Source of the DNA: an uncultured archaeon | GTDB lineage: Archaea; Thermoproteota; Nitrososphaeria_A; Caldarchaeales; Calditenuaceae | Assembly: GCA_937921685.1 (NCBI GenBank) | Contig: CAKZUF010000006.1 | Coordinates: forward strand, 1 to 31,150 | Reading direction: 5' to 3' | DNA length: 31,150 bases | Shown here: positions 7,471 to 16,941 of the stretch, one piece after another | How the letters are laid out: each line of letters starts with the position of its first letter | Position numbering within the stretch: the stretch's first letter is position 1 | The notes under the pieces: generated by a model | What the model was told of the DNA's origin: nothing | The model's database searches: none | The model's input: the letters and a program-made list of their open reading frames with translations, nothing else | Program-made: the position numbers and the translations under genes

Positions 7471-8742
7471 ATGAGTGTCGGCAGTGGAGTCGCGACAAAT
7501 GGGGAACTTTTTCTAGAAACAGTACTCAAAAATGTTAAGAGAGCCACTGAACTCGCCAACATTCCATCAGACATATACGAGTTTCTCAGGATACCTAAAC
7601 GCGTAATTGTAGTATCGATACCCATCAGGGACAGGAATGGAAATATTAAGAACTATATCGGGTATCGTGTCCAGCACAATAACGCGCTAGGCCCATATAA
7701 AGGTGGAATAAGATACTATCCCACTGTAGACCTAGACGAAGTGACAGCACTAGCTATGCTGATGACATACAAGTGCGCGGCCCTCTCACTTCCCTTCGGA
7801 GGCGCAAAAGGAGGAGTCGCCTGTGACCCCAAGTCCCTGTCACTGGAGGAGATTGAAAAAATAACGCGGAGATATACCCACATGATTAGTGACATGATCG
7901 GCCCCTATGTTGACATACCTGCTCCCGACGTATACACGGATGCGAGAGTAATGGCTTGGATTATGGATACTTACAGCCAATTGAGGGGGAGGCAGGTTCC
8001 AGAGGTCGTTACAGGTAAACCAGTTTACCTTGGTGGGTGTGAGGGGCGTGAAGAGGCTGCCGGTTTCGGGGTGAACATAACTGTTAGAGAGGCTTGTAAG
8101 CTACTGGGCATACCCATAAAGGGTGCGCGAGTAGCTATCCAAGGGTTCGGAAATGTTGGCATGTATGCTGCACTACATCTAGCAAATCTGGGGGCAAGGG
8201 TCGTAGCCGTTAGCGATTCAAAGGGGGCAATATACAATAGGGAGGGATTTAACATAGAGAAGTTAATGTCTCATAAGAAAAACACAGGCACTGTCCTTGG
8301 CTTCCCGAGCTCTACTCAGATCAGTGAGAAAGAGCTATTCCAGCTTGACGTGGACGTTCTGATACCTGCCGCCGTCGAGAGGGTGATAACAAAGGAGGTT
8401 GCTGAGAAGATACAGGCTAGGATCATCGCAGAGGGCGCTAACGGGCCAACCACCAGTGAGGGTGACTCCGTACTTCAGGAAAGGGGGATTTTCGTTGTGC
8501 CGGATATACTTGCAAACGCTGGCGGCGTGACTGCCAGCTACTTCGAATGGATTCAAAATCTGCAGAGAGAGCACTGGTCAAGGGATAAGGTGCTTAACAT
8601 GCTTGAAGAGAAAATGGTGAAGGCATTCAACGATGTGGTAGAGACCTCGAAAAAGATGGAAATAGGGTTGAGGGACGCTGTAATGGTCTTCTCAGTCTCA
8701 AGGGTCGCTTTGGCCGTCCAGACACTCGGGATTTGGCCGTAG
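7471..8742 (+). CDS. gdhA: glutamate dehydrogenase (Glu/Leu/Phe/Val dehydrogenase family)
   Basis: Contains the catalytic motif LPFGGAKGGV, the NAD(P)-binding motif GFGNVGMYAA, and the C-terminal block PDILANAGGVTASYFEWIQN. Confidence 0.95.
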   Translation: MSVGSGVATNGELFLETVLKNVKRATELANIPSDIYEFLRIPKRVIVVSIPIRDRNGNIKNYIGYRVQHNNALGPYKGGIRYYPTVDLDEVTALAMLMTYKCAALSLPFGGAKGGVACDPKSLSLEEIEKITRRYTHMISDMIGPYVDIPAPDVYTDARVMAWIMDTYSQLRGRQVPEVVTGKPVYLGGCEGREEAAGFGVNITVREACKLLGIPIKGARVAIQGFGNVGMYAALHLANLGARVVAVSDSKGAIYNREGFNIEKLMSHKKNTGTVLGFPSSTQISEKELFQLDVDVLIPAAVERVITKEVAEKIQARIIAEGANGPTTSEGDSVLQERGIFVVPDILANAGGVTASYFEWIQNLQREHWSRDKVLNMLEEKMVKAFNDVVETSKKMEIGLRDAVMVFSVSRVALAVQTLGIWP

Positions 8743-9464
8743 CTGCTACAGACTACCTAGCTTTCTTTAACTCGACCTCTCTACTCGTAACTCTTTTTTA
8801 CGCCTCTTACCAAGACCTCAACGAGAGGTTAGTCGACGACTGGGTTTGGCTTACCTGTGCGTCTATAACCGCGCCAGTTACAACCTACTCTCTATTACTA
8901 GGCAACCTGAACCCGCTCCTAGCCACAATATCCATATCCATGACTATCGTCCTCTCTATCCTATTCTATACGGCTGGGCTCTACGGCGGCGCTGACGCAA
9001 AGGCGTTAATAGTTGTAGGTCTCGCATCCCCCCTCAGTACAGGTGGAGTTAGATACCACCCCTTCACACCATTAACTGTTCTCCTCAATGGTCTGATAAT
9101 CTCGCTTATAATACCAACAAGTCTCGCATTAATCAACACCTACAGAATCCTCATCAAGAGGGAAGACATTTTCAGAGAATTCAAACACGAGAAAACTCAC
9201 CGGAAAATCCTGGCAATCTTTCTCGGAACCATTCTAAACAACCCTGAGAGGCGGAAATACTGGGCGCCAATGGAGGAGTTTAGCGGAGAGTGGAGGTTTA
9301 GATTCACGGTCGGTATCGAAGAGTTCTGGCGGCCGCTAAGGCCTGGTGGGTGGGCAACACCATCTATACCACTTCTCGTGCCTATACTCGGAGGCCTACT
9401 GCTAAACCATGCGCTCGGAGATTTGTCGGCGCTATTCGTTAAACTACTGACCCTTAGTGGCTAG
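8733..9464 (+). CDS. A24-family aspartic peptidase (archaeal prepilin/preflagellin peptidase-like membrane protein); TTG start overlapping the gdhA stop
   Basis: A polytopic membrane protein with the two catalytic Asp contexts (YASYQDLNERLV and LYGGADAKALIVVG). Confidence 0.7.
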   Translation: MAVAATDYLAFFNSTSLLVTLFYASYQDLNERLVDDWVWLTCASITAPVTTYSLLLGNLNPLLATISISMTIVLSILFYTAGLYGGADAKALIVVGLASPLSTGGVRYHPFTPLTVLLNGLIISLIIPTSLALINTYRILIKREDIFREFKHEKTHRKILAIFLGTILNNPERRKYWAPMEEFSGEWRFRFTVGIEEFWRPLRPGGWATPSIPLLVPILGGLLLNHALGDLSALFVKLLTLSG

Positions 9465-9776
9465 CCTCTCAATCTCCCTGAACGAGACACCCAGACTCAA
9501 AACCTTTCTCAACGGCTTAACAACAGTCTTTAGAATTTTCTCAGCAGCTATTCTCCTAGCTACAACGGTTCTGCCCTTCTTAGTGAGCGCCCACCTCCTC
9601 GACCTCCTAGTGCCTAGAGGCTTGATTAATCCTTTCTTCTTCATCTTGTTCAGTGAAAGATATAGTGTCGGCTTCTTCAGTTTTGTAACCCGCTCTATGT
9701 CTCGTATCGACTTCTCCCCTTTGATTAAAGCCTTCATGATTATAGGCTCTGACGAGCCTTTAGGAAGCCTCTTCAT
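9444..9776 (-). CDS. winged-helix DNA-binding protein (putative transcriptional regulator)
   Basis: Contains SIRDIERVTKLKKPTLYLSLNKMKKKGLIKPLG...RWALTKKG, a wHTH recognition helix plus wing pattern. A TATA (AAATTTTATATAG on the minus strand) lies about 30 nt upstream. Confidence 0.6.
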   Translation of the reverse strand: MKRLPKGSSEPIIMKALIKGEKSIRDIERVTKLKKPTLYLSLNKMKKKGLIKPLGTRRSRRWALTKKGRTVVARRIAAEKILKTVVKPLRKVLSLGVSFREIERLATKGQ

Positions 9777-9827
9777 GCCGTAAATTGTTAAAGCATGTTC
9801 TATATAAAATTTATTTTCCCGCCGTAA

Positions 9828-10382
9828 TCAAACAATATTTTGGATCCTCCCCATAAAGTTTTGTACAGCCGTTATTATATAGTATTCTATGAAGGCAGCA
9901 GCTAAAATGACCGCCGAGAACAGCAGCAGTGTTAAGAGATAGTATTTTATTTCAACCCTAGCCTGCCTCTTTAATATTTTGTAGCTCATTATAATGGAGC
10001 CCGTTACCATCCCGCCGTACCCGATGAATTCCAGCAGACCATAGATGAGAAATATTGGTAGAAGTACTAAGAAAACCGAGTTAGTCTCCGTCATAATGGC
10101 CGCCGCGGCGAAATACCGGCCCGTCTCATATATTATCCAGCTAGCAATGAGAGGGCCAGCAAAAGGTAACGCCATCAGTAAGGAGAGGCTGAAGTTGTTG
10201 ATGAAGATGAAGTAGGGTGAGTCGATACCTCTCGCCAGCTCTTCAAGCTGCTCTGATAGCTGCTTCGCCTCTGAGGGATTTAATGCGGCCTGAGACCCTA
10301 GAATCAGTACTCCATATAGAGCGGTCGTGACTATCATCGTCATTATGAGCCTTTTCTTAAAATTAGGCCTCATATCATTCAT
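9828..10382 (-). CDS. SpoIIM/DUF95-family integral membrane protein
   Basis: The multi-TM topology and the block FIFINNFSLSLLMALPFAGP resemble the stage II sporulation protein M family. Confidence 0.55.
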   Translation of the reverse strand: MNDMRPNFKKRLIMTMIVTTALYGVLILGSQAALNPSEAKQLSEQLEELARGIDSPYFIFINNFSLSLLMALPFAGPLIASWIIYETGRYFAAAAIMTETNSVFLVLLPIFLIYGLLEFIGYGGMVTGSIIMSYKILKRQARVEIKYYLLTLLLFSAVILAAAFIEYYIITAVQNFMGRIQNIV

Positions 10383-10392
10383 TTAACACGCT

Positions 10393-11433
10393 CTATGTTT
10401 TTAACTTTGCTAGTTCACGCCTCAGCGCCGATATTTTGCTGACTGGGAGTGGGTCGATGTTTTGCAGGGCAGCGTGATAGACGCTGACGTAGTCTGACCA
10501 CATTATGGCTGAGAGGACCACTTCCGGGAGGGTTCCATCGAACCTCTCCTCAAAAACCCTTTCTCCGAGAAGTTTCTTCAAAAATTCGAGCTGTATCCTA
10601 ATCGACTCTTCCTCCTCGCTCCATCGGTATACTATATACCTGTCCCGCCTTGTGTCTGGTAGAGCCTCGAGAGTGTTGTGCATCGCCTCCGGCACGTCTA
10701 TAATCACACAGGGCCTCTTCGCGTTTTCGTTCAACTGGTTCTTCAAGCGCAGTGCTACAGGGTGTAGAGTGCTTTCAGACACTGCGTGGGGAAGGTGTTC
10801 CAGCAGAAAGATGGCTGCTTTCTTGGCTGAGTTGTCTGGTAGGTCCGCCTGGGCTGAGAATGACTTCTTCGCCCTCTCAAGAGACTTGACCGATGTTACT
10901 AACTCCTTCTCCGCCCCCGTCACTATGCCTGCGACGTCGAGTATGGATACAGCCGCGCCGACCATTTCTGGGACTGCCATCCGCGGCGCCATGCCTCCTG
11001 TAACTTTTACAGTCGGGATGCCCTCATCTAATGCCAACCTCTCTAAAGAGCCTCCCGAGCATATCGCGACCGCCTTGGCTCCGCTCTGCAACACCCTTCG
11101 AGCGGCCCTCAGGACCTCTAGTGTCTCACCAGAGTAGCTTAATAGAATTACCAAGGCGTTGGGGCCAACCCATGCGGGGATTGATGCGGTCGTGTAAGTT
11201 ATCAGTGGAGTCTTTGCTCTCTGTTGGAAGAGTGTGGACACTATGTGCCCCACTATTCCTGAGCCGCCCAGACCATAAAAAACAACAAATCCTATGTCGG
11301 TGGCCGAGACGTGTGTCTTCTTAGCAGCCTCTATACCGCGCATGTAGAGCTCGCCTTGCTCATCGATCAGTTGTAGCATGGTGTCTATCGCGGTCCTGTT
11401 CTTAAGCGATTCTGCGGAGAGGAGAAAGTTCAT
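10393..11433 (-). CDS. bifunctional phosphoglucose/phosphomannose isomerase (SIS-domain, crenarchaeal PGI/PMI type)
   Basis: Contains the SIS motifs FYGLGGSGIVGH and LLSYSGETLE. The length (about 345 aa) and C-terminal region are typical of PGI/PMI. Confidence 0.8.
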   Translation of the reverse strand: MNFLLSAESLKNRTAIDTMLQLIDEQGELYMRGIEAAKKTHVSATDIGFVVFYGLGGSGIVGHIVSTLFQQRAKTPLITYTTASIPAWVGPNALVILLSYSGETLEVLRAARRVLQSGAKAVAICSGGSLERLALDEGIPTVKVTGGMAPRMAVPEMVGAAVSILDVAGIVTGAEKELVTSVKSLERAKKSFSAQADLPDNSAKKAAIFLLEHLPHAVSESTLHPVALRLKNQLNENAKRPCVIIDVPEAMHNTLEALPDTRRDRYIVYRWSEEEESIRIQLEFLKKLLGERVFEERFDGTLPEVVLSAIMWSDYVSVYHAALQNIDPLPVSKISALRRELAKLKT

Positions 11434-11437
11434 GCCA

Positions 11438-12274
11438 TCACCTCTCCACGCTAACCTCTATTGCGCCAAGCTTTTCAAGCATCTTCCTCACCATCTGCTC
11501 TGCTTTAATTAGATTTGCCTCAGCCTTTTCCTTAGTTAACTCCTCGCTCACAAGTTCTATCCTGGTCGCTGAAACGCCATCTATGATGCCCCTGGGATGA
11601 GACTTCAAGTATACCTTCCTTTTGAGCGACCGATATATTTTTTCTAATTCCTGCGCATAAACAGATTCAGGTACACCTTTCACATCGAGCCAAATCCTAA
11701 CGCGGTATAGTTTCTTGGCCTCTTGCTCCATCCTCGGCTTGACTTCGTTTTCGAATATGTCCATAAGTTCTCTGGGTACGCCAGGTAGAGATACTATGTT
11801 CACTCCCCTAGCCTTTACTAGGCAGCCAGGTGCAGAGCCTGCGTTGTTTCTGAGGGCCGTGGCGCCTTTAGGCATGATGGCCATCTTTAGTCTGGCTCGT
11901 GTTAGCTCTGCGTCCTTGATGACTCCCTGGGCGTAAAGCCTCTCATACCTCTCCTTCAGCATTTTGACCGCCTCTTGGTTCACAACCAGTTTCCGCCCAA
12001 CAGCCTTAGCGACGGCCTCCAAGGTAATGTCATCAAACGTTGGCCCAAGCCCTCCGCTGGTTATTATCCACTTTGCACCGCGCCTCATAGCTTCCCTGAT
12101 AGCCCTGCTTATCTCTGAGACATCGTCCCTCACTGTCGTGATTCTTCTTAGGCTCAGGCCGAGCTCGTGTAGTCTTGCGGCCAGCCAGCCGCTGTTAGTG
12201 TCTTTTATGGAGCCGTTGAGAATCTCATTCCCGATTATGACTATCTCGCAGATAGTGCCTTTCAGTCCTGCCAT
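11438..12274 (-). CDS. CinA-like molybdopterin-binding (MoCF biosynthesis domain) protein
   Basis: EIVIIGNEILNGSIKDTNSGWLAARLHELG...ITSGGLGPTFDDIT is the MoaB/Mog/CinA N-terminal domain signature. Confidence 0.75.
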   Translation of the reverse strand: MAGLKGTICEIVIIGNEILNGSIKDTNSGWLAARLHELGLSLRRITTVRDDVSEISRAIREAMRRGAKWIITSGGLGPTFDDITLEAVAKAVGRKLVVNQEAVKMLKERYERLYAQGVIKDAELTRARLKMAIMPKGATALRNNAGSAPGCLVKARGVNIVSLPGVPRELMDIFENEVKPRMEQEAKKLYRVRIWLDVKGVPESVYAQELEKIYRSLKRKVYLKSHPRGIIDGVSATRIELVSEELTKEKAEANLIKAEQMVRKMLEKLGAIEVSVER

Positions 12275-12381
12275 TTCAAGTGTGTAGACCGTTTGCTAAT
12301 CAATTAAGATTTAGGGGAGAGTGGGCGTGCTCCTAACCTTTTCCTCGCATATAACCTTTTTATCTATTCCCGTATAGGTGG

Positions 12382-13878
12382 TTGTTGGATTTGGTTGATT
12401 GGGGAAGGCTTGAGTTGGAGCAGATAGGCATCGTGGCTAGCCCGAGCCGTGAGACTGACGCCGACTGCATCCTCCAAGAGGGAAAGGAGAAGGAGGTGAC
12501 CTCTGAGACCCTCGTCCTCATCGACAATAGGAATGGGAATAAAGTTCTCGCCGTGTGTAGGGGAGGCGTAGGACTCAACGACAATCTTAAGATAAACTAC
12601 TATAACCCCGGTGTTGCCTATGCCAGAAGCGGCAAGAGTGCTAGCGTTGCGAAAGAGTTCTTTAGCTTTAAACTCGTGGTCATAGGAGATGTCACGGATG
12701 GAGAGATTAGACAGAATAAGACGATCATAGCACCGGCCTCGCCTGTCTACAAGTTTAAGGAGGGCACAAACCCTATGGAGCTGCTCGGCTCAGCCAAGCA
12801 CACGCTCGGCTACTATGCGATGGGGTCTCCCCAGTGGAAGGTCCCTATTCTGGCAGAGTATATTCCACATCACATAGGCGTTTTCGGGGTTACTGGCTCG
12901 GGGAAATCCTTTCTCTGCAGGTATGAGCTAATCCCGCTTCTACAAAGGGCTGGATATGATATATTGGTCTTTGACTGGAAGGGGAGCGACTACGCGCCCT
13001 ATTATCCAGACTCCGTCATCAACATGGGGGATATAGAGCTTGACGAGGCTTCCGTCTACGAGTATTTGCTGGAGAGGCTGGATAGGTTTGGGAGCGGAAA
13101 GATTGCTGAGACGCTGCAGAGATATCTCGAGGAAGTAATCTTAGGGGGTGCTTGGCGCGGCTCAGACCCTCATGAAACTATTAGCCGGCTCAAGGATGCT
13201 ATGATGAAGACTATCACAGAGGAAAACTTGGAGAAGAGTGGTAGCCTGTCAAAGTGGGGGGAGATATATGCTAGGAGGGCTGAAAAGTATCTCAGTAGAC
13301 TAAGGCCAGAGGACGTTAGACCAGTTATGGGCAAGCTGAGCGCATTGGAGATAATCAAGCGGCTCAGGGAGAAGAAGGTACTTGTCATAGATCTGAGCTA
13401 CGGCTCGAAGGAGCAGAAGCTCAGCATCTTCCTCTCCATAACCCGCCGGTTAAAAGAGCTCATGGAGGAGAAGAACAGGCTTGATATCGCCGTGCTCGTC
13501 GACGAGGCCCCGCAGTATTGCCCCTGGAATCCCAGAGGAATCGAGGAGGAAACGACTAAGCACATAATAGGCCTCGCAGCCCTCGGAAGGTCCTATGGAC
13601 TCTCCCTGATCCTCGTATCGCAGGGAATTGCGGGTGAGATTGGAATTAACGCCGCTGTAAGGCGAAACCTCAACACACTCTTCATCGGCAAGATCCACCC
13701 CCTCGACGCCATGGAGGCTGAGAAGTTCTTCGCCACATCTTGGATTGGTGCTGACAGCCTGCTGAGGCTTCCCGAAGGCCAGTTCTATATGGTTGGAAAA
13801 ATGAACCCCTCACCTATCCCACTGCTGATTACCTTCCAGATAGAGGAGGGCGAGAAGATCCGGCATGGAAAGCGGTGA
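12382..13878 (+). CDS. herA: HerA-family (DUF87/FtsK-like) hexameric ATPase/translocase
   Basis: Has an N-terminal HAS-barrel-like region (IGIVASPS...LVLIDNRNGNKVLAVCRG), Walker A GVFGVTGSGKSF and Walker B VLVDEAPQY. It starts at one of several TTG codons about 25 nt downstream of a CTTTTTATC box (12356..12364). Confidence 0.8.
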   Translation: MLDLVDWGRLELEQIGIVASPSRETDADCILQEGKEKEVTSETLVLIDNRNGNKVLAVCRGGVGLNDNLKINYYNPGVAYARSGKSASVAKEFFSFKLVVIGDVTDGEIRQNKTIIAPASPVYKFKEGTNPMELLGSAKHTLGYYAMGSPQWKVPILAEYIPHHIGVFGVTGSGKSFLCRYELIPLLQRAGYDILVFDWKGSDYAPYYPDSVINMGDIELDEASVYEYLLERLDRFGSGKIAETLQRYLEEVILGGAWRGSDPHETISRLKDAMMKTITEENLEKSGSLSKWGEIYARRAEKYLSRLRPEDVRPVMGKLSALEIIKRLREKKVLVIDLSYGSKEQKLSIFLSITRRLKELMEEKNRLDIAVLVDEAPQYCPWNPRGIEEETTKHIIGLAALGRSYGLSLILVSQGIAGEIGINAAVRRNLNTLFIGKIHPLDAMEAEKFFATSWIGADSLLRLPEGQFYMVGKMNPSPIPLLITFQIEEGEKIRHGKR

Positions 13879-15148
13879 AATTCCCGAGATCTTAAAGATA
13901 CCACGCCCCCTCCAAGAGAAATTCTTCAATGCAGCGGAGGAGGAGGCTGACCGCCTCCTAAAACGGGTCGGAGAGATTGAGAAGCTCATTGAACACATCA
14001 GCAATGAGGTTGCCAAGGGTATCTCGCGCATCCGGTTGAGAAGTGACTGGCGGGACATGACTATAGCCGTTGTCGATGGTTCAGATACGCCTGCCATCGA
14101 TGAGAGGATTGGGGTCAGGTTTGGACTGTATGCGGCCGCCTACAAGCTCTTCAGGGGCGAGGATCCCTTGGAAAACGGTGAGGGATATCTCGGCGACAGG
14201 CTGAATGAGCAGATACGCGTGAGTAGGGAGACCTTCCTCAAGGTGTTAGACTTGGTGACAACATATCTGGAGAGGGTGCTCGCAGAACATCTCCTCAAGC
14301 AGAATGATCCGCGCGTAGACTTGCTTATCATGGATGGCAGCTTCTTAGGCTATAGAGCAGGCTGCAGCCAAGTAAAGCGTGAACAAATAGATCTCACGGA
14401 ACCAGTGACTGGAAAACACTTTAGGACCGTTTACGACCTGATCTCGGAGATTAATGTCCTCACAGTGAAGATAGCACGTTCTGGGAGGGCTGTAGGCATC
14501 ATCAAGCGCGTTCCAACAGAGGCGATTGACGGCTACATTAGATATAGATATGGTGAAGGAGAGGGTCTAAATCTAAGCGATAGGGCGTTGCTGAGTCTAA
14601 CGATGAGTCAGGGCGAAGTCTTCAGCTACGAGCAGTACTTCGGATCCAAGTTTAGGATTGACGCCCTGTCGTGGTATAGGACGGTTGCGAGAGACCCAAA
14701 GGTCAGGGGGAAGAGCCGGGACGAGATTTTAAGGGAGGCGGAGAGGCGTGTAAGAGTTCAGCTCAAGGCCGACCTGACCGCATCAACGTCTGGGGAAGGG
14801 GGTGGAAAAGATTCCCATGAGGGCATTCTGGAGCTTGCGGACAGGCTGTCTAGATTCTTTGTAAGGACCAGAGAAGGGTTACCGCCAATCTGTGTCGAGG
14901 TCCCTGACACCGTTTTGAATCGTGAGAACCTATTGGATAGTGTATTATCCTACTGTCTTGAGACCTCTTCTCCTGTCTCCGGGCTGCCGAAGAGTTTAGA
15001 CCTTGTCGATGATCTTGTCTCCCTCCCAAGGGGGTTGGGTAGGGATTTTGTTACTGAGGTAGAGGCGAGGCTGCTGATGCGGGGTGTGGATAGCAGTAAG
15101 CTGGTCGCCCTTTTCAGCCGGTTCAATCCGCAGAAGGACGAGTATTAG
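13865..15148 (+). CDS. nurA: NurA-domain 5'-3' nuclease
   Basis: Contains the two DGS motifs characteristic of NurA (IAVVDGSDT and LLIMDGSFLG). It overlaps herA by 14 nt, consistent with translational coupling. Confidence 0.7.
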   Translation: MESGEIPEILKIPRPLQEKFFNAAEEEADRLLKRVGEIEKLIEHISNEVAKGISRIRLRSDWRDMTIAVVDGSDTPAIDERIGVRFGLYAAAYKLFRGEDPLENGEGYLGDRLNEQIRVSRETFLKVLDLVTTYLERVLAEHLLKQNDPRVDLLIMDGSFLGYRAGCSQVKREQIDLTEPVTGKHFRTVYDLISEINVLTVKIARSGRAVGIIKRVPTEAIDGYIRYRYGEGEGLNLSDRALLSLTMSQGEVFSYEQYFGSKFRIDALSWYRTVARDPKVRGKSRDEILREAERRVRVQLKADLTASTSGEGGGKDSHEGILELADRLSRFFVRTREGLPPICVEVPDTVLNRENLLDSVLSYCLETSSPVSGLPKSLDLVDDLVSLPRGLGRDFVTEVEARLLMRGVDSSKLVALFSRFNPQKDEY

Positions 15149-16863
15149 AGTGGAACGCTTGTAGCGGTCTTCAACGAGTCGTCTATCTCGCCAACGTTGT
15201 TTGTGCGCCGCTTGATAAGGTCTAGAATCCAGTGGGTCAGCTGTTGTAGTGTCAGCCCCTTTACCAGCCTCCCCTTATAGTCTCTGAGGGTTAGTGTTCC
15301 TTTCTCCACCTCCTCGTCGCCGACTATTGCCATGAATGATGCCCTTAGCTGGTGGGCTGTCCTTATCCTCTTCTCCAGAGTGCCCTCCACCCAGAGCTCG
15401 GCCCTAATCCCCGCGCCACAAAGCGCGTCCTTCACCTTCGAGGCGTAATCCACATTCTTCTCACTTACAGGCAGAACAACTAGCTGTGTAGGCGACAGCC
15501 AAACAGGCAGTCTCCAATTATAGTGCTCCAATAGAATTCCCATAAACCTCTCAATGGAGCCGAGGATTGCGCGATGTATCATAACCGGCCTTCTATACGA
15601 CCCATCCTTATCGACGTACTTCAAATCGAGCCTCTCGGGGAGGAAGAAGTCCAACTGGATTGTGGAGCACTGCCACCTCCTACCCAGCGAGTCAACAACG
15701 TCAACATCGATCTTCGGCCCATAGAACGCGCCCTCCCCCTCCTTAACCTCGTAGCTCAACCCAGAGTTCAACAGGGCCTTCCTAAGCGCCTCGGTCGCCT
15801 CGTCCCATCTGGCAGGGTCGCCTATGAATGACTCCGGCCTCGTCGAAAGCGTCGCATATATCTCCCCATTCAAGGTTAACTCAAAAATATGGACGACCTC
15901 CCCGAGGATCTGAGCGATTGTGTGTTCAACCTGGTCGGGCCTGACGAAAGCGTGGCCATCATCCTGTGTTATGCTCCTGACCCTGAAGAGGCCTGTTAGC
16001 TCACCTGGCTGCTCGTTCCTATAAACTGTACCGAACTCTGAAAGCATTATTGGGAGGTCGCGATAACTTCTGGGCCTGCTTGCGTATATCATTGCGTGTC
16101 CCGGACAGTTCATCGGCTTTACGACATACTCCTCCCCCCGCGCGGTTAGGATGAACATTCTTTCACGATAGTGCTCGTAGTGGCCCGTCCGATACCATAT
16201 GTCTGATTTGAATAGATGGGGTGTCCAGACCTCCTCAAAGCCCAGCCGAGAGTTCGCCTCCCTTATCAACTTTATCAGCTCATCCCTGATTATCCTTCCG
16301 CGCGCGTGGAATATGGGGAAGCCGGAGCCGAGTAGGGGATGTATGCTGAAAAGGTCTAGTTCTCTCCCCATCTCGACATGTCTTGTCTCCCTCTCCTCAA
16401 CTACGGCGGCAACGGTGGGCTGAGCCTCTTCCGCCCTTCTTAACCTAAGCGTCTCGTGAGAGACAGCTCTGAACTGCTCGGCCAGGGGATGGCCCTTTAC
16501 CGAGATGCTGAAGCGCTTGTTCCAGCCGAATGGAGCCCTATGGACTTTTAGTCCCATTCCCAATGCTTTCTTCTCCATGTACCTCACCATGTGTAGCGCC
16601 TTCATGGGAGGGGCTAGTGCATTGCTAAGGTGAGCGTATGGGTATATGACCAGAGTTTCCGCCCCAAGCTTCTCCATGGACTCCGCAACCTCCTTCAAAA
16701 GGGCGTCAGCAACCTCCTCGTCATCCTTCTCCTCTATACTAGTGAATAGTACGACGGCATCCCTAACGCTGGTTGTGGTAGGCTGGATGTCCTCAAAAAC
16801 GGCACCCTCACGCCTGACAGGTTCATACTCTATGTAGTCAACATGTAGCTGGAGTGCTTTCAT
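15145..16863 (-). CDS. thrS: threonine--tRNA ligase, full-length archaeal type with N-terminal DTD-like editing domain
   Basis: The editing-domain N-terminus MKALQLHVDYIEYEP is followed by class II catalytic motifs (FRVRSITQDDGH, GAFYGPKID, HRAILGSIERF) and an anticodon-binding domain. The start is set to Met30 of the tracked ORF, which corresponds to where the archaeal editing domain begins. Confidence 0.95.
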   Translation of the reverse strand: MKALQLHVDYIEYEPVRREGAVFEDIQPTTTSVRDAVVLFTSIEEKDDEEVADALLKEVAESMEKLGAETLVIYPYAHLSNALAPPMKALHMVRYMEKKALGMGLKVHRAPFGWNKRFSISVKGHPLAEQFRAVSHETLRLRRAEEAQPTVAAVVEERETRHVEMGRELDLFSIHPLLGSGFPIFHARGRIIRDELIKLIREANSRLGFEEVWTPHLFKSDIWYRTGHYEHYRERMFILTARGEEYVVKPMNCPGHAMIYASRPRSYRDLPIMLSEFGTVYRNEQPGELTGLFRVRSITQDDGHAFVRPDQVEHTIAQILGEVVHIFELTLNGEIYATLSTRPESFIGDPARWDEATEALRKALLNSGLSYEVKEGEGAFYGPKIDVDVVDSLGRRWQCSTIQLDFFLPERLDLKYVDKDGSYRRPVMIHRAILGSIERFMGILLEHYNWRLPVWLSPTQLVVLPVSEKNVDYASKVKDALCGAGIRAELWVEGTLEKRIRTAHQLRASFMAIVGDEEVEKGTLTLRDYKGRLVKGLTLQQLTHWILDLIKRRTNNVGEIDDSLKTATSVPL

Positions 16864-16893
16864 TCCATCGCTAAACATCGGACAGAGACTGCC

Positions 16894-16908
16894 TATAATT
16901 AAAAATAT
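16894..16908. promoter_or_regulatory. A/T-rich bidirectional promoter region (CTATAATTAAAAATAT) between thrS and the CDP-alcohol phosphatidyltransferase gene
   Basis: This is the only A/T-rich block in the 78-nt divergent spacer. It lies about 34-41 nt from both start codons. Confidence 0.35.
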
Positions 16909-16941
16909 CTCGCTGCAGATTATTCGGGCCTGGGGGGTTGA

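Noticed and set aside
9457-9783. 108-aa plus-strand ORF mirroring the wHTH gene almost end to end
   Set aside because: It is an antisense shadow ORF. The translation is Leu/Ser/Phe-rich without motifs, whereas the minus-strand product has a clear wHTH pattern and a correctly spaced TATA box.
10505-11137. 210-aa plus-strand ORF inside the PGI/PMI gene, and similarly 29698..30336 inside the DUF354 gene
   Set aside because: Both have Ser/Arg/Ala-rich composition typical of antisense frames in GC-leaning genes. The opposite strand has clear family motifs (SIS domain and GT-B motif).
15114-15134. T-arm-like sequence CCGGTTCAATCCGCAG suggesting a second tRNA
   Set aside because: The flanks do not pair (GCCGG versus CCGCA), there is no acceptor, D or anticodon arm around it, and it lies in frame within the NurA C-terminus.
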